A DNA stretch of 64,000 bases, taken from contig OY764216.1 in the NCBI GenBank assembly GCA_963668315.1, forward strand, positions 992,001 to 1,056,000, read 5' to 3'. Under the pieces are notes generated by a model. It saw only the letters and a list, made by a program, of their open reading frames with translations. It was not told the origin of the DNA and ran no database searches. The DNA is from Spirochaetia bacterium (GTDB lineage: Bacteria; Spirochaetota; Spirochaetia; DSM-2461). Positions 48,685 to 57,300 of this stretch are shown piece by piece. The translations under genes and the position numbers were made by a program. Each line of letters begins with the position of its first letter. The stretch's first letter is position 1.

Positions 48685-49936
48685 ATTCCACCCGCCTGTT
48701 TTTCCACAGGTTCTGCTGATCTTCAATAGGAAAGAGCGGTACCGAACCGCCCATCCCCAGACAGGTGATCCTCTCTTCCTCAATCCCCAGTTCCACCAGA
48801 CCCTCCTTGACCGATTCCGCCCGGTTCAGTGACAGGGGGATGAGGACGTTTTCCTCCTCCCTTCTGCGCTGTTCATCGGAACCGCTGATAAGGTTGTTGG
48901 CATGGCCTTCTATCTGGATTCTGTATTCGGGAAATTTCAGGAAAATCGTATAGAGACGGCTGAGAATTTCCCGGTTGTTACCCGTTATTTCCGGTTCGCC
49001 CGGTAAAATCAGGCTGCTGGAATCGGGGGAGAACATAATGCTGGGAATGCGAATTTTCAGTTTATCCCCTTCCCTGAGAACAAGGATATCCGTTCTCAGG
49101 CCGCAAGATACCCTCTCCCGGTTCTTCGCCTTATCCGTCACCTGCAGCTCCAGCCGGTAATCCACCGCCGAATTGACCCATTCCCCGTCGGAGGAACGTC
49201 CGTTCCAGATAAACTTTTCGGGCGGGACCCCGGTCCCCGAACTGGCGTAAAAAAGCTGCTCCTCCGGATCGTAAATATTGATCTCCCATCCTTCGGCCGA
49301 GCGGGGATGGTCAAGGTGAATGGCCATGGTGTAGAAATCGTTCTCCCCGTCTCCGTCGGGGGAGAAGCGGCTGTTGTCCGGGCGGACCGTCAATCCCGTT
49401 TCCTGAACAGGGATGCGTATGGTTTCACGCCGACCGTATCCCAGTCCGAAGGTGAAGAAAGGGGACAGCCCGGAATAAAGGGGCAGGTTCCAGTTTCCCG
49501 TGAGTTTCAGATAATGGCGGTTATGGAGGTGAACGGCCAGGTTCACGCCGCTCTGCAGAACTCCGTGGATATTCCCTTCTTCCGAAGGGACGGCCAGGAA
49601 TAGTCCGCCTCCCAGACGGGGCTGTACCTGCAGGCTGTTCAGAAAAATCCAATCGTAAAAACACTGAATTGCTCCCATGGGCAGGGCGGCAGATTCGCCC
49701 GATGTCAGTGTCGCTCCCGCCAGTCCGGCCTGCAGGGCCACTCCCCCGTCCCGCCAGAGGGAACCGGCGGAAAGGTCGAGGTTTATCCAGGGGCCGCGGC
49801 TGTTTTCCCCGCCGGAGTGATTCATACCGCCCGTGAAGGTACTCTCCAGATAAATTGTGTCGCCCGGCCAGGGACGCTCCTGCCCGGAGAGCAGAAAGGC
49901 GGTGCAGAGGAGAAGGAGTGAAACGAACCGCTTCAT
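48659..49936 (-). CDS. Outer-membrane protein: beta-barrel-like N-terminus + FlgD/CHU-type Ig domain + OmpA peptidoglycan-binding domain
   Basis: Signal peptide MKRFVSLLLLCTAFLLSG at 49936; FSPDGDGEND; WNG...G; IEGHAN...LS..RA.SV...L...GI...RI...G.GG; NRRVEF. Confidence 0.85.
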   Translation of the reverse strand: MKRFVSLLLLCTAFLLSGQERPWPGDTIYLESTFTGGMNHSGGENSRGPWINLDLSAGSLWRDGGVALQAGLAGATLTSGESAALPMGAIQCFYDWIFLNSLQVQPRLGGGLFLAVPSEEGNIHGVLQSGVNLAVHLHNRHYLKLTGNWNLPLYSGLSPFFTFGLGYGRRETIRIPVQETGLTVRPDNSRFSPDGDGENDFYTMAIHLDHPRSAEGWEINIYDPEEQLFYASSGTGVPPEKFIWNGRSSDGEWVNSAVDYRLELQVTDKAKNRERVSCGLRTDILVLREGDKLKIRIPSIMFSPDSSSLILPGEPEITGNNREILSRLYTIFLKFPEYRIQIEGHANNLISGSDEQRRREEENVLIPLSLNRAESVKEGLVELGIEEERITCLGMGGSVPLFPIEDQQNLWKNRRVEFILLKREP

Positions 49937-51042
49937 AGTACCACCCCCAGGTAGGCTCCGGCTCCCACCCTGTCGGGAGGCTGAAAAAGTACGGGCAGAC
50001 TGAAAAACAGTTTCCCCATATCTACCTGGAGCCTGAGCCAGCCGAAGCCGGAGAAAAGCGTTCCCCCTTCTCCGTCCACGCTTCCCGAAGCGGTAATGGT
50101 TCCGTAGTCCTCTTCCGTAATTCCCAGGATATCCGCCTGGTAACCGAGGAGATAGACCTCTCCCTCGCCCTCCAGGCCGATACCCGAAGATGTCCAGGAG
50201 GGAATGAAGGATCCTCCCAGGGCCAGGTTGAAGGTTCGGAAAAAGCGGAACTCCGTATTGATCAGCAGGGGAAAGGTCAGGGCGTCGGAAGTCACCTTGA
50301 GGTAAAACCGGGATTCCGCCTCCAGGTCGATACTCTGCGGGGGAAGAGGCCCGTCCCCGTCGGGATCGATGGAAAAGGACTGGGTGATGGCACCCATGTC
50401 CGGTTTGACCAGGACTTCCTGGTGGCGGTAACTTGTCCCTGCCGTCAGAACAAGGGGGTTCCATCCGATGGCCCTGTGGAGGGGAACCTCCCCGAAGACT
50501 CCGTACCTGAGGCTGGTCTGGAAGGTGTAGTTCTTTATAAGGATGTCCTCCTGCCTGAAGTCGAGCCAGCCGCCGCCGACCCCGGCGGTTATCCTTTTCC
50601 GCCAGCGGGTCAGCGGAAACCCAACTCCTCCCTCCCACAGCTGAACCCCGGCGCCCAGGGAGGGATCGCTTTCAATGCTTAAGGTTTCCAGGTAGGCGGT
50701 GAGAGCATCGCGATTATAATAGGGGGAGACCACGGCACCATCGGACCCGATAAAAAGATAAGCCTTCCCCTCGGGGGAATAGGCTCCTATATGGGGCAGA
50801 GCCGTGGAGAGCCCCAGGCTCTGGGAAAGGGAGTAGGTTACACGGGGCTTGATGAGCATATTATTGACCAGAGGTTCCAGTTCGGAGGCTTTAAAGTAAT
50901 TGATCTGGCTGAGCAGATAGGGTTCATACTCATCTTCCAGGTTTACATAAAATGATTCGGGAAAACTGATATCTATGATTATTTCAGCAAATATCGAGTA
51001 AGTAGATAGTAAGAAGAATATAATAAATTTGTGAACCTTCAT
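49933..51042 (-). CDS. Hypothetical exported protein, possible beta-barrel outer-membrane protein
   Basis: Signal peptide; alternating hydrophobic strands; ends GAGAYLGVVL; overlaps the next start codon. Confidence 0.6.
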   Translation of the reverse strand: MKVHKFIIFFLLSTYSIFAEIIIDISFPESFYVNLEDEYEPYLLSQINYFKASELEPLVNNMLIKPRVTYSLSQSLGLSTALPHIGAYSPEGKAYLFIGSDGAVVSPYYNRDALTAYLETLSIESDPSLGAGVQLWEGGVGFPLTRWRKRITAGVGGGWLDFRQEDILIKNYTFQTSLRYGVFGEVPLHRAIGWNPLVLTAGTSYRHQEVLVKPDMGAITQSFSIDPDGDGPLPPQSIDLEAESRFYLKVTSDALTFPLLINTEFRFFRTFNLALGGSFIPSWTSSGIGLEGEGEVYLLGYQADILGITEEDYGTITASGSVDGEGGTLFSGFGWLRLQVDMGKLFFSLPVLFQPPDRVGAGAYLGVVL

Positions 51043-51139
51043 GGAAATCTTTGTCTTTTACCCCTTATGTGTCTATAATAAGTGAGTGTTCCTGTGTCTG
51101 TCTAGTTGATTTAAAAATATAGTATGAGAGGAGAACTCT

Positions 51140-53122
51140 ATGGAAAAAAAGATTTTATTCGCCCTTTTTGCTGTTTGCCTGCTAGCTCTGTCCGGCTGTA
51201 ATCTGGGATGGAATCCCGATGAGGATGATGCCGGAGGAGACAGTTCCACAGCCTATTATTCCTATGACTGGCATTCCGAGACCAATGCCCGGGACGTCTA
51301 TTATCACACCAGTACGGAAGATGCTGTGGGGACGCTCCTCTATATAGAGTACTATGATCTGAATGAAGCGGATCAAGTCGTCTTTGTCAGAACCAATTAT
51401 CCCCCTGTCAGCGAAGATGAGGAAGTAGGGATTATAAAGAGTTACGCCATATATGAGTGGGACGGCGATCTGTTGGACAAGGCTGCTTTCTTTAATGGTA
51501 ACGAAGAGTGCACAGGACTTATCACTTACGATTATGACGTCTCAGACCGAGTCTCCGCCGTTTACAGCTATTTAACAGAAACCGGCCATGCCTTGAAATC
51601 GGGAACCCGCTATCAATATGACTCGGATGGCAATGTTTCCCTGAAAGCTATAATTGCCGGTGAAGATAATACAGCCACGGTAACTTCCGGGACGGAGTTC
51701 GCCTACGATCTTAGCAAGGACGTTCTTTTCCGCCGCAGTATCCATAAGCTGATCGATAGCGATGACGACATATCCGATCCGGCTACGCTGAACCTCGGTT
51801 CTGTCGGTTGTGCGGTTCCCTCGGTAAGCAAACCCGAACTTGACGCGGACTATGTTTGCGATTATGAAGGCGTTTATAACTCATATCTTGTTTCGACCGA
51901 TGATGAGACGACCGATGAGGTCGAGCCGGATGTCACCGAAACCTTACTTCCCATGCCGGAAACTCCCCCCATCTCCGATATAGCCGATGGCGATCTCCTT
52001 GATCAGGTATACGCCCTCTCCCACCTCTGGGACAGCTACTGGTTTTATGATGAAGCCCTTGGTACCGATGTCTACTGGGGCGTCACCTTCAATGCCGATC
52101 CGGTACCCGTGAGTGAAACACCGGCCGCCGACTTGGCGGGGGTATATGATACGGTCTACGGTCTGATCGAGGATCAGGGATACAGTGATTACAGCGGCTG
52201 GTTCGACAGCTTCAGCCTGGAGATTCCCGAGAGCGTACACATGCCTGTTCAATTCTATATCGATGGAGGAAAAGGGATAAATCTGAGTGCCGATTCCGCC
52301 GGAGATGTGGAGTATACCTTCGATAAACCCATTACCATAGATCTGCAGTATCTCCCCGGTTATCATTTACTGAAATCCAAAATCATCAAATACGGAGATC
52401 TTGAGTATTTGAGGATTGATACGGCCTATAATGATGATAAAACCCATACCGTGGGAGTGACTCTGGAAGGAGATGCCATTCCCTATCCCGTGGGGATCTC
52501 CCTGGATTATTTCAATGAATCCTGCGAAGGAAGCTGGCCGGAGTCTCTGGAGATAAGCGTAAACGACCAGCCGGCTCAGAAATTTCTCTTTGAGCTGGAC
52601 GGAAGCATCAGCGATCCTGCCAGCCTTGAGGATTGGGCTATCCTGGCGGGGAATCAGCATACCCTCTGGTGGTACGACGGGGATGACGATCTTGTCGGTT
52701 CCTTTGTCTATGATTATGCAGAGGCTGACGGCGACCATGTCCTTTCCATTAATGTGAAGGATGGGAATGATACGCCCACCGGAGCCTATAAGCTGACTTT
52801 CTCTCCCGATGATCTGGCCTTTCTCTTTGGAATCTATGACAAGGAAGGCAATGCTATCGGTACCTATTCCCATGACTTCAGCAATATCCTCTCACAAGCC
52901 GAGGATGCCCTTAATGTCTGGGAGAGTGGAGTCGATACCTATGAGGATATATACGACCAGTGGCTGGACGGCAGCTATAGCCCCTCCGATCTTCTGGGCG
53001 ATGGCATGGCCGAAATGCCGACCTATCTGATTTCCGGAATCGGAGACGATCCCTTCGCCTTTCTCCTCAATGAGATCAAGGCTCTGATCCCCGTTGAACT
53101 GACCGGATCCGCCGGGCTATAG
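51140..53122 (+). CDS. Large, very acidic hypothetical lipoprotein
   Basis: GAGGAG RBS; lipobox LSGC; Asp/Glu/Tyr-rich with Y.YD motifs. Confidence 0.75.
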   Translation: MEKKILFALFAVCLLALSGCNLGWNPDEDDAGGDSSTAYYSYDWHSETNARDVYYHTSTEDAVGTLLYIEYYDLNEADQVVFVRTNYPPVSEDEEVGIIKSYAIYEWDGDLLDKAAFFNGNEECTGLITYDYDVSDRVSAVYSYLTETGHALKSGTRYQYDSDGNVSLKAIIAGEDNTATVTSGTEFAYDLSKDVLFRRSIHKLIDSDDDISDPATLNLGSVGCAVPSVSKPELDADYVCDYEGVYNSYLVSTDDETTDEVEPDVTETLLPMPETPPISDIADGDLLDQVYALSHLWDSYWFYDEALGTDVYWGVTFNADPVPVSETPAADLAGVYDTVYGLIEDQGYSDYSGWFDSFSLEIPESVHMPVQFYIDGGKGINLSADSAGDVEYTFDKPITIDLQYLPGYHLLKSKIIKYGDLEYLRIDTAYNDDKTHTVGVTLEGDAIPYPVGISLDYFNESCEGSWPESLEISVNDQPAQKFLFELDGSISDPASLEDWAILAGNQHTLWWYDGDDDLVGSFVYDYAEADGDHVLSINVKDGNDTPTGAYKLTFSPDDLAFLFGIYDKEGNAIGTYSHDFSNILSQAEDALNVWESGVDTYEDIYDQWLDGSYSPSDLLGDGMAEMPTYLISGIGDDPFAFLLNEIKALIPVELTGSAGL

Positions 53123-53146
53123 TCCTCTTTTCTCTCCTTCCCTTGA

Positions 53147-53187
53147 TTCCCCGTTTCCGGTCCGGGGAAGGAGCGGGGAACTTTTTC
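53147..53187 (+). terminator. Intrinsic terminator
   Basis: TTCCCCGTTTCC-loop-GGAGCGGGGAA followed by CTTTTT. Confidence 0.6.
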
Positions 53188-53227
53188 TTGCCCGTTAAGT
53201 TGTGTAGGGGTATAATAGGCAGACGTG
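53188..53227 (+). promoter_or_regulatory. Sigma70 promoter for a near-leaderless transcript, copy 2
   Basis: TTGCCC-N17-TATAAT and GTG 9 nt downstream; same geometry and similar sequence as 47171-47221. Confidence 0.7.
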
Positions 53228-53311
53228 AACGCACACGCGGGGGGCGCTGTCCCCGGTAAACGCCTTATACCCCTTTTTCTGTCTCATCCTGCTGCGGAGC
53301 CTTTGTTATGA
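53225..53311 (+). CDS. Putative 28-aa leader ORF coupled to the histidine kinase
   Basis: GTG 53225 reads MNAHAGGAVPGKRLIPLFLSHPAAEPLL; its TGA overlaps the kinase ATG (ATGA). Confidence 0.4.
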   Translation: MNAHAGGAVPGKRLIPLFLSHPAAEPLL

Positions 53312-54783
53312 GGCACCGCGTTCAGCCTCTTCTGGCTTTCTTTCAGAAAAGACTTCTCTCTTCCAGCATACAGCAGACCATCAAAGCTTCCTATATCATT
53401 ATCATCTGCCTGATGTTTATCGCTCCCGCCATCAGTCTGGGTTCTTCCTGGTTCCAGACCGTCCGTTACGACAGGATGATCACCAATGTCAGCCAGACGA
53501 ACCGGGTCAACCAGATCATCAAATCGGATATTTCCAACGAGCTGTGGGATGTGGTCGCCGGCAACAAGACCTTCGAAGAGGGGCGGCAGTATGAGATTCT
53601 GGACGATGTGGACCGCCGGCTGGATGAGATTTTCCGGAATACGGAGGTGAGGGAGAACCGCCGTCTTCTGGAAGTGGCAGGACGGGCCATGGAAACGCTG
53701 ACCGGTTACGTGGATCTTCTGGGGAAGCAGATCGACAATCAGTTTCTGGTGACCAGGAACGAGGAGATTCTCGATGAGATCCGCGGGGTGGCCGATCTGG
53801 TGTCCGATCTTCTTCAGGATTTTATTGTGCTGGAGATTGAGTCGGCAGACAGCACTAATGAGCAGATCAAGCGGGTCGCCCTGATACTGACCCTGCTCCA
53901 GTTTGTCATTCTCATGGTGGTTTTTATCTTTTCCGTCATGACCCAGCGGTCCGTAACGAAGAGCATCGACTATCCCATCAGCGAGCTGGAAAAGCTCTCC
54001 ACCCAGATAGCCGCGGGGAATCTGGACGCCCGGGCCGACCGGCCCCATGTGAAGGAACTGGATAACCTGACGGACAACCTGAATATCATGGCCGAAAAGA
54101 TCCGCGATCTGATAGATGAGAATATCCGGGAGCAGAAGAATCTGCAGAAATCGGAAATGAAAGCTCTGCAGGCTCAGATCACCCCCCATTTTCTCTACAA
54201 TACCCTGGATACCATCGTCTGGCTGGCCGAGGGGAAGCAGTATGAGCAGGTTATCTCTGTTACCCGCAATTTCTCCAGTTTTTTCCGTACAGCCCTGAAC
54301 CGGGGAAGGGACTGGATAAGCGTGCGGGAGGAACTGGAGCATGTGAAGAATTATCTGAGTATTCAGCAGGTGCGCTATCGGGACATACTGGAGTTTTCCG
54401 TCGAATATGATGAGAGTATGACCGATAAGTTCATGCTGAAACTGCTCCTTCAGCCCCTGGTGGAGAATGCCCTGTACCATGGGATCAAGAACAGGAGGGG
54501 GCGGGGAAAAATCACCGTAAGGGGATGGCTCGAGGGGGAGCTCCTCTGCTTTTCCGTCCATGATAACGGGATAGGGATGACTCCCGAGAGGCTGGCCGAT
54601 GTGAAAAGGCAGATGGGGGAGGAGCGGGAGCATTCCCACAGCGGGGATATTTACGGGCTGTATAATGTGAATAAGCGATTGGCCCTGTATTACAGCGGCT
54701 GGACGGAGTTGGAAATTGAGAGCGTCTACAAAGAAGGGACGACCGTTATATTTAAAGTGCCGGAGATAGAAAAAAATGTATAG
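53308..54783 (+). CDS. YesM/LytS-type sensor histidine kinase
   Basis: TM-sensor-TM-HAMP; ALQAQITPHFLYNTL; LQPLVENALYHG; DNGIG; YGLYNV..RL. Confidence 0.93.
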   Translation: MRHRVQPLLAFFQKRLLSSSIQQTIKASYIIIICLMFIAPAISLGSSWFQTVRYDRMITNVSQTNRVNQIIKSDISNELWDVVAGNKTFEEGRQYEILDDVDRRLDEIFRNTEVRENRRLLEVAGRAMETLTGYVDLLGKQIDNQFLVTRNEEILDEIRGVADLVSDLLQDFIVLEIESADSTNEQIKRVALILTLLQFVILMVVFIFSVMTQRSVTKSIDYPISELEKLSTQIAAGNLDARADRPHVKELDNLTDNLNIMAEKIRDLIDENIREQKNLQKSEMKALQAQITPHFLYNTLDTIVWLAEGKQYEQVISVTRNFSSFFRTALNRGRDWISVREELEHVKNYLSIQQVRYRDILEFSVEYDESMTDKFMLKLLLQPLVENALYHGIKNRRGRGKITVRGWLEGELLCFSVHDNGIGMTPERLADVKRQMGEEREHSHSGDIYGLYNVNKRLALYYSGWTELEIESVYKEGTTVIFKVPEIEKNV

Positions 54784-56101
54784 TGTGTTTGTGGTGGAAG
54801 ATGAAATCGTCACTCGTGAGGGAATCAGGAACAATATTCCCTGGGACAATACGGAATTCACCCTGGTGGGGGAGGCTCCCGACGGGGAAATGGCTCTCCA
54901 TGCCATCAGGGAGATCAAGCCGGACATTCTCATCACCGACATCAAGATGCCCTTCATGGACGGCCTGGCCCTCTCCCGGCTCGTCAAGGAGGATCAGCCC
55001 TGGATAAAGATCATCATCCTTTCCGGCCATGACGAATTCCACTACGCCAAGGAGGCCATCTCCATCGGGGTGGAGGAGTATCTCTTGAAGCCCGTATCTT
55101 CCGGGGACATGCTGTCCTCGCTGGAGAAGGTGGCTACCCGGCTGGAGGAGGAGAGGAGCCAGAGGTGCCAGATGGAGAATCTGGAGAGGAAGGTCAGGAC
55201 CCACCGGGAGATTCTGAGGGAGAAGTGGGGGTTTGATCTGATTATGGGGCGGATGGAGTCCCGGGAGGCGCTGGAAAGGGGAAAAGAGCTGGACCTTGAT
55301 GTTTCGGCCCCCGGTTTTACCGCCCTGGTCATAGGCTGCAACGCTCCGGGGGGAGAGGAGGCGCCGGGAGGACGGGTCAGCTCACTCCTGGCCGGGCTGA
55401 TTCCCCACCGCCGGGACATTTTCCTGACCCTGCCGAACAGAAACGAGTACATCCTGCTGGTGAAAATCGACAATCCTTCCCTGGCCGATGACCGCCTGTA
55501 TGCGCTGGCCCAGGGCATCAAGCATGAAGCGGAGCGTACCGGAGAGGTTGCCCTGTCCATAGGAATCGGCTCGGTGGCCTCCCATCTGGAAGAGCTCCGC
55601 ACCTCCTATGTGGAAGCGGGCGGGCTGATCCGTTATATGTCACGCTCCGGGGAGAGTAAGATCATGGGGACCGGCGATATTCGCGATACTTCCGTCCTTT
55701 GGGCCGATCATAGTGCGGGCGGGCAGTCTCTTATGCATCTGGAGCAGAAGCATAACGAGCAGATCGTCCTGGCGAAAAAGTATATCGAGAGGAACTTCAT
55801 GAGTCCCGATATCTCCCTGAATGCCGTGGCGTCCCATGTCAATGTCAGCCCCAATCACTTCAGCACGGTTTTCTCCCAGGAAGAGGGGCGCACCTTTATT
55901 GAATACCTTACGGGGGTCAGGCTGGAACGGGCCCGGGAACTGCTTGTCTCCAGCTCCATGAAGTGCGGCGATGTGGCCTACGAGGTGGGTTACGGCGATC
56001 CCCATTACTTCAGTTTTATCTTCAAGAAGAACACGGGCCTTTCTCCGCGGGAGTACCGCAGTTCCCACAGACCGGCGGGGAGGATGGGCGGGAATTCGTA
56101 A
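54776..56101 (+). CDS. YesN-type response regulator (REC + AraC HTH)
   Basis: VVEDE, TDIKMPFMDG, YLLKP; C-terminal VGY.DPHYFS.IFKK.TG.SP.EYR. Confidence 0.93.
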   Translation: MYSVFVVEDEIVTREGIRNNIPWDNTEFTLVGEAPDGEMALHAIREIKPDILITDIKMPFMDGLALSRLVKEDQPWIKIIILSGHDEFHYAKEAISIGVEEYLLKPVSSGDMLSSLEKVATRLEEERSQRCQMENLERKVRTHREILREKWGFDLIMGRMESREALERGKELDLDVSAPGFTALVIGCNAPGGEEAPGGRVSSLLAGLIPHRRDIFLTLPNRNEYILLVKIDNPSLADDRLYALAQGIKHEAERTGEVALSIGIGSVASHLEELRTSYVEAGGLIRYMSRSGESKIMGTGDIRDTSVLWADHSAGGQSLMHLEQKHNEQIVLAKKYIERNFMSPDISLNAVASHVNVSPNHFSTVFSQEEGRTFIEYLTGVRLERARELLVSSSMKCGDVAYEVGYGDPHYFSFIFKKNTGLSPREYRSSHRPAGRMGGNS

Positions 56102-56244
56102 AAAATCCCCCTTTTATAATAAATAAATCAACCTTTCGGAAAAAAAGTTTTCTTTTCTACGGGAAAGAGCATAAATAAACTCATGTACGGCTGATAAAAG
56201 CGGGTTTATCCTCCTTGAATAATATCAAGTTCAAGGAGTTTTGT

Positions 56245-57237
56245 ATGAAAAACAGAGTATTCCTGTTGGGTCTTGCCACGCTTATGCTGGCGGGCGGACT
56301 GCTTTTCGCCAATGGGGGAAATGAAACCGCTGCGGCGGAAGGAACCGGACTCATCACCGTCGGTTACGCTCAGGTAGGAGCCGAATCGGACTGGAGAACA
56401 GCCAACACCGAATCTTTCAAGAGTACTTTCGTCGAAGCAAACGGATATAAACTGATTTTTGATGACGCCCAGCAGAAGCAGGAAAATCAGATCAAGGCTA
56501 TCCGTAACTTCATCCAGCAGGATGTGGACTATATCGTTGTCGCACCCGTTGTGGAAACCGGCTGGGAAACGGTACTCGGCGAAGCCAAGGCCGCCGGCAT
56601 CCCCGTCATCCTTTCCGACAGACAGATGGACGTATCCGACGACAGCCTGTACGTGGCATGGGTCGGCGGAAACTTCCTCAAGGAAGGACAGGACAGCATC
56701 GTCTGGCTCAACGACTATCTTAAGAAAGTCGGCCGGGACAAGGAAAATATCAACTGCGTACTGCTTCAGGGAACCATCGGTTCTTCCGCTCAGGTAGGAC
56801 GTACCCAGGGTATAACCGAGGGTCTGGCCAAGAATGCCAACTACAATCTTCTGGCTAAACAGACCGGTGAATTTACCCAGGCAAAAGGCCAGGAAGTCAT
56901 GGAATCCTTCCTCAAGGCTTATGACGACATCGACGTGGTTTTTGCTGAAAACGACAACATGGCTTTCGGTGCCATCGACGCCATCAAGGCTGTGGGAAAA
57001 GAGCCCGGAAAGGATATCATCATCATCTCCTTCGACGCCGTTCACGAAGCGTTCAACAGAATGATCGCCGGTGAAATCAACGCCGATGTTGAATGTAACC
57101 CCCTCCACGGACCCCGTGTGGCTGACATCATCCAGATGCTTGAGAAAGGCCAGTCGGTAAGCAAGATCATGTATGTCGACGAAGGTGTCTTTGACCAGTT
57201 CAACGCCGAAGAGATTCTGCCCACCAGAATGTATTAA
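56245..57237 (+). CDS. ytfQ: Sugar ABC transporter substrate-binding protein (galactofuranose/arabinose, YtfQ-like)
   Basis: AAGGAG RBS; LFANGG signal; QVGAESDWRTAN, DAQQKQENQI, ENDNMA.GA, ECNPL.GP. Confidence 0.85.
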   Translation: MKNRVFLLGLATLMLAGGLLFANGGNETAAAEGTGLITVGYAQVGAESDWRTANTESFKSTFVEANGYKLIFDDAQQKQENQIKAIRNFIQQDVDYIVVAPVVETGWETVLGEAKAAGIPVILSDRQMDVSDDSLYVAWVGGNFLKEGQDSIVWLNDYLKKVGRDKENINCVLLQGTIGSSAQVGRTQGITEGLAKNANYNLLAKQTGEFTQAKGQEVMESFLKAYDDIDVVFAENDNMAFGAIDAIKAVGKEPGKDIIIISFDAVHEAFNRMIAGEINADVECNPLHGPRVADIIQMLEKGQSVSKIMYVDEGVFDQFNAEEILPTRMY

Positions 57238-57250
57238 TGTGAAATAACGG

Positions 57251-57286
57251 AGGAGGCACGGGATTCGCTGTGCCTCCTTTTCTTTT
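57251..57286 (+). terminator. Intercistronic hairpin/partial terminator after the SBP gene
   Basis: AGGAGGCAC-loop-GTGCCTCCT followed by TTTCTTTT. Confidence 0.65.
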
Positions 57287-57300
57287 ATCCGGAGGATCCG

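Noticed and set aside
49937..50638. N-terminal 234 aa of the 659-aa ORF 48659..50638
   Set aside because: It overlaps the 49933..51042 gene in another frame and has an Arg/Gly/Pro-rich non-coding composition; a clear signal peptide starts at 49936.
53239..53244. G6 slip fusing the GTG leader to the histidine kinase
   Set aside because: An in-frame TAA at 53257-53259 blocks read-through in the kinase frame.
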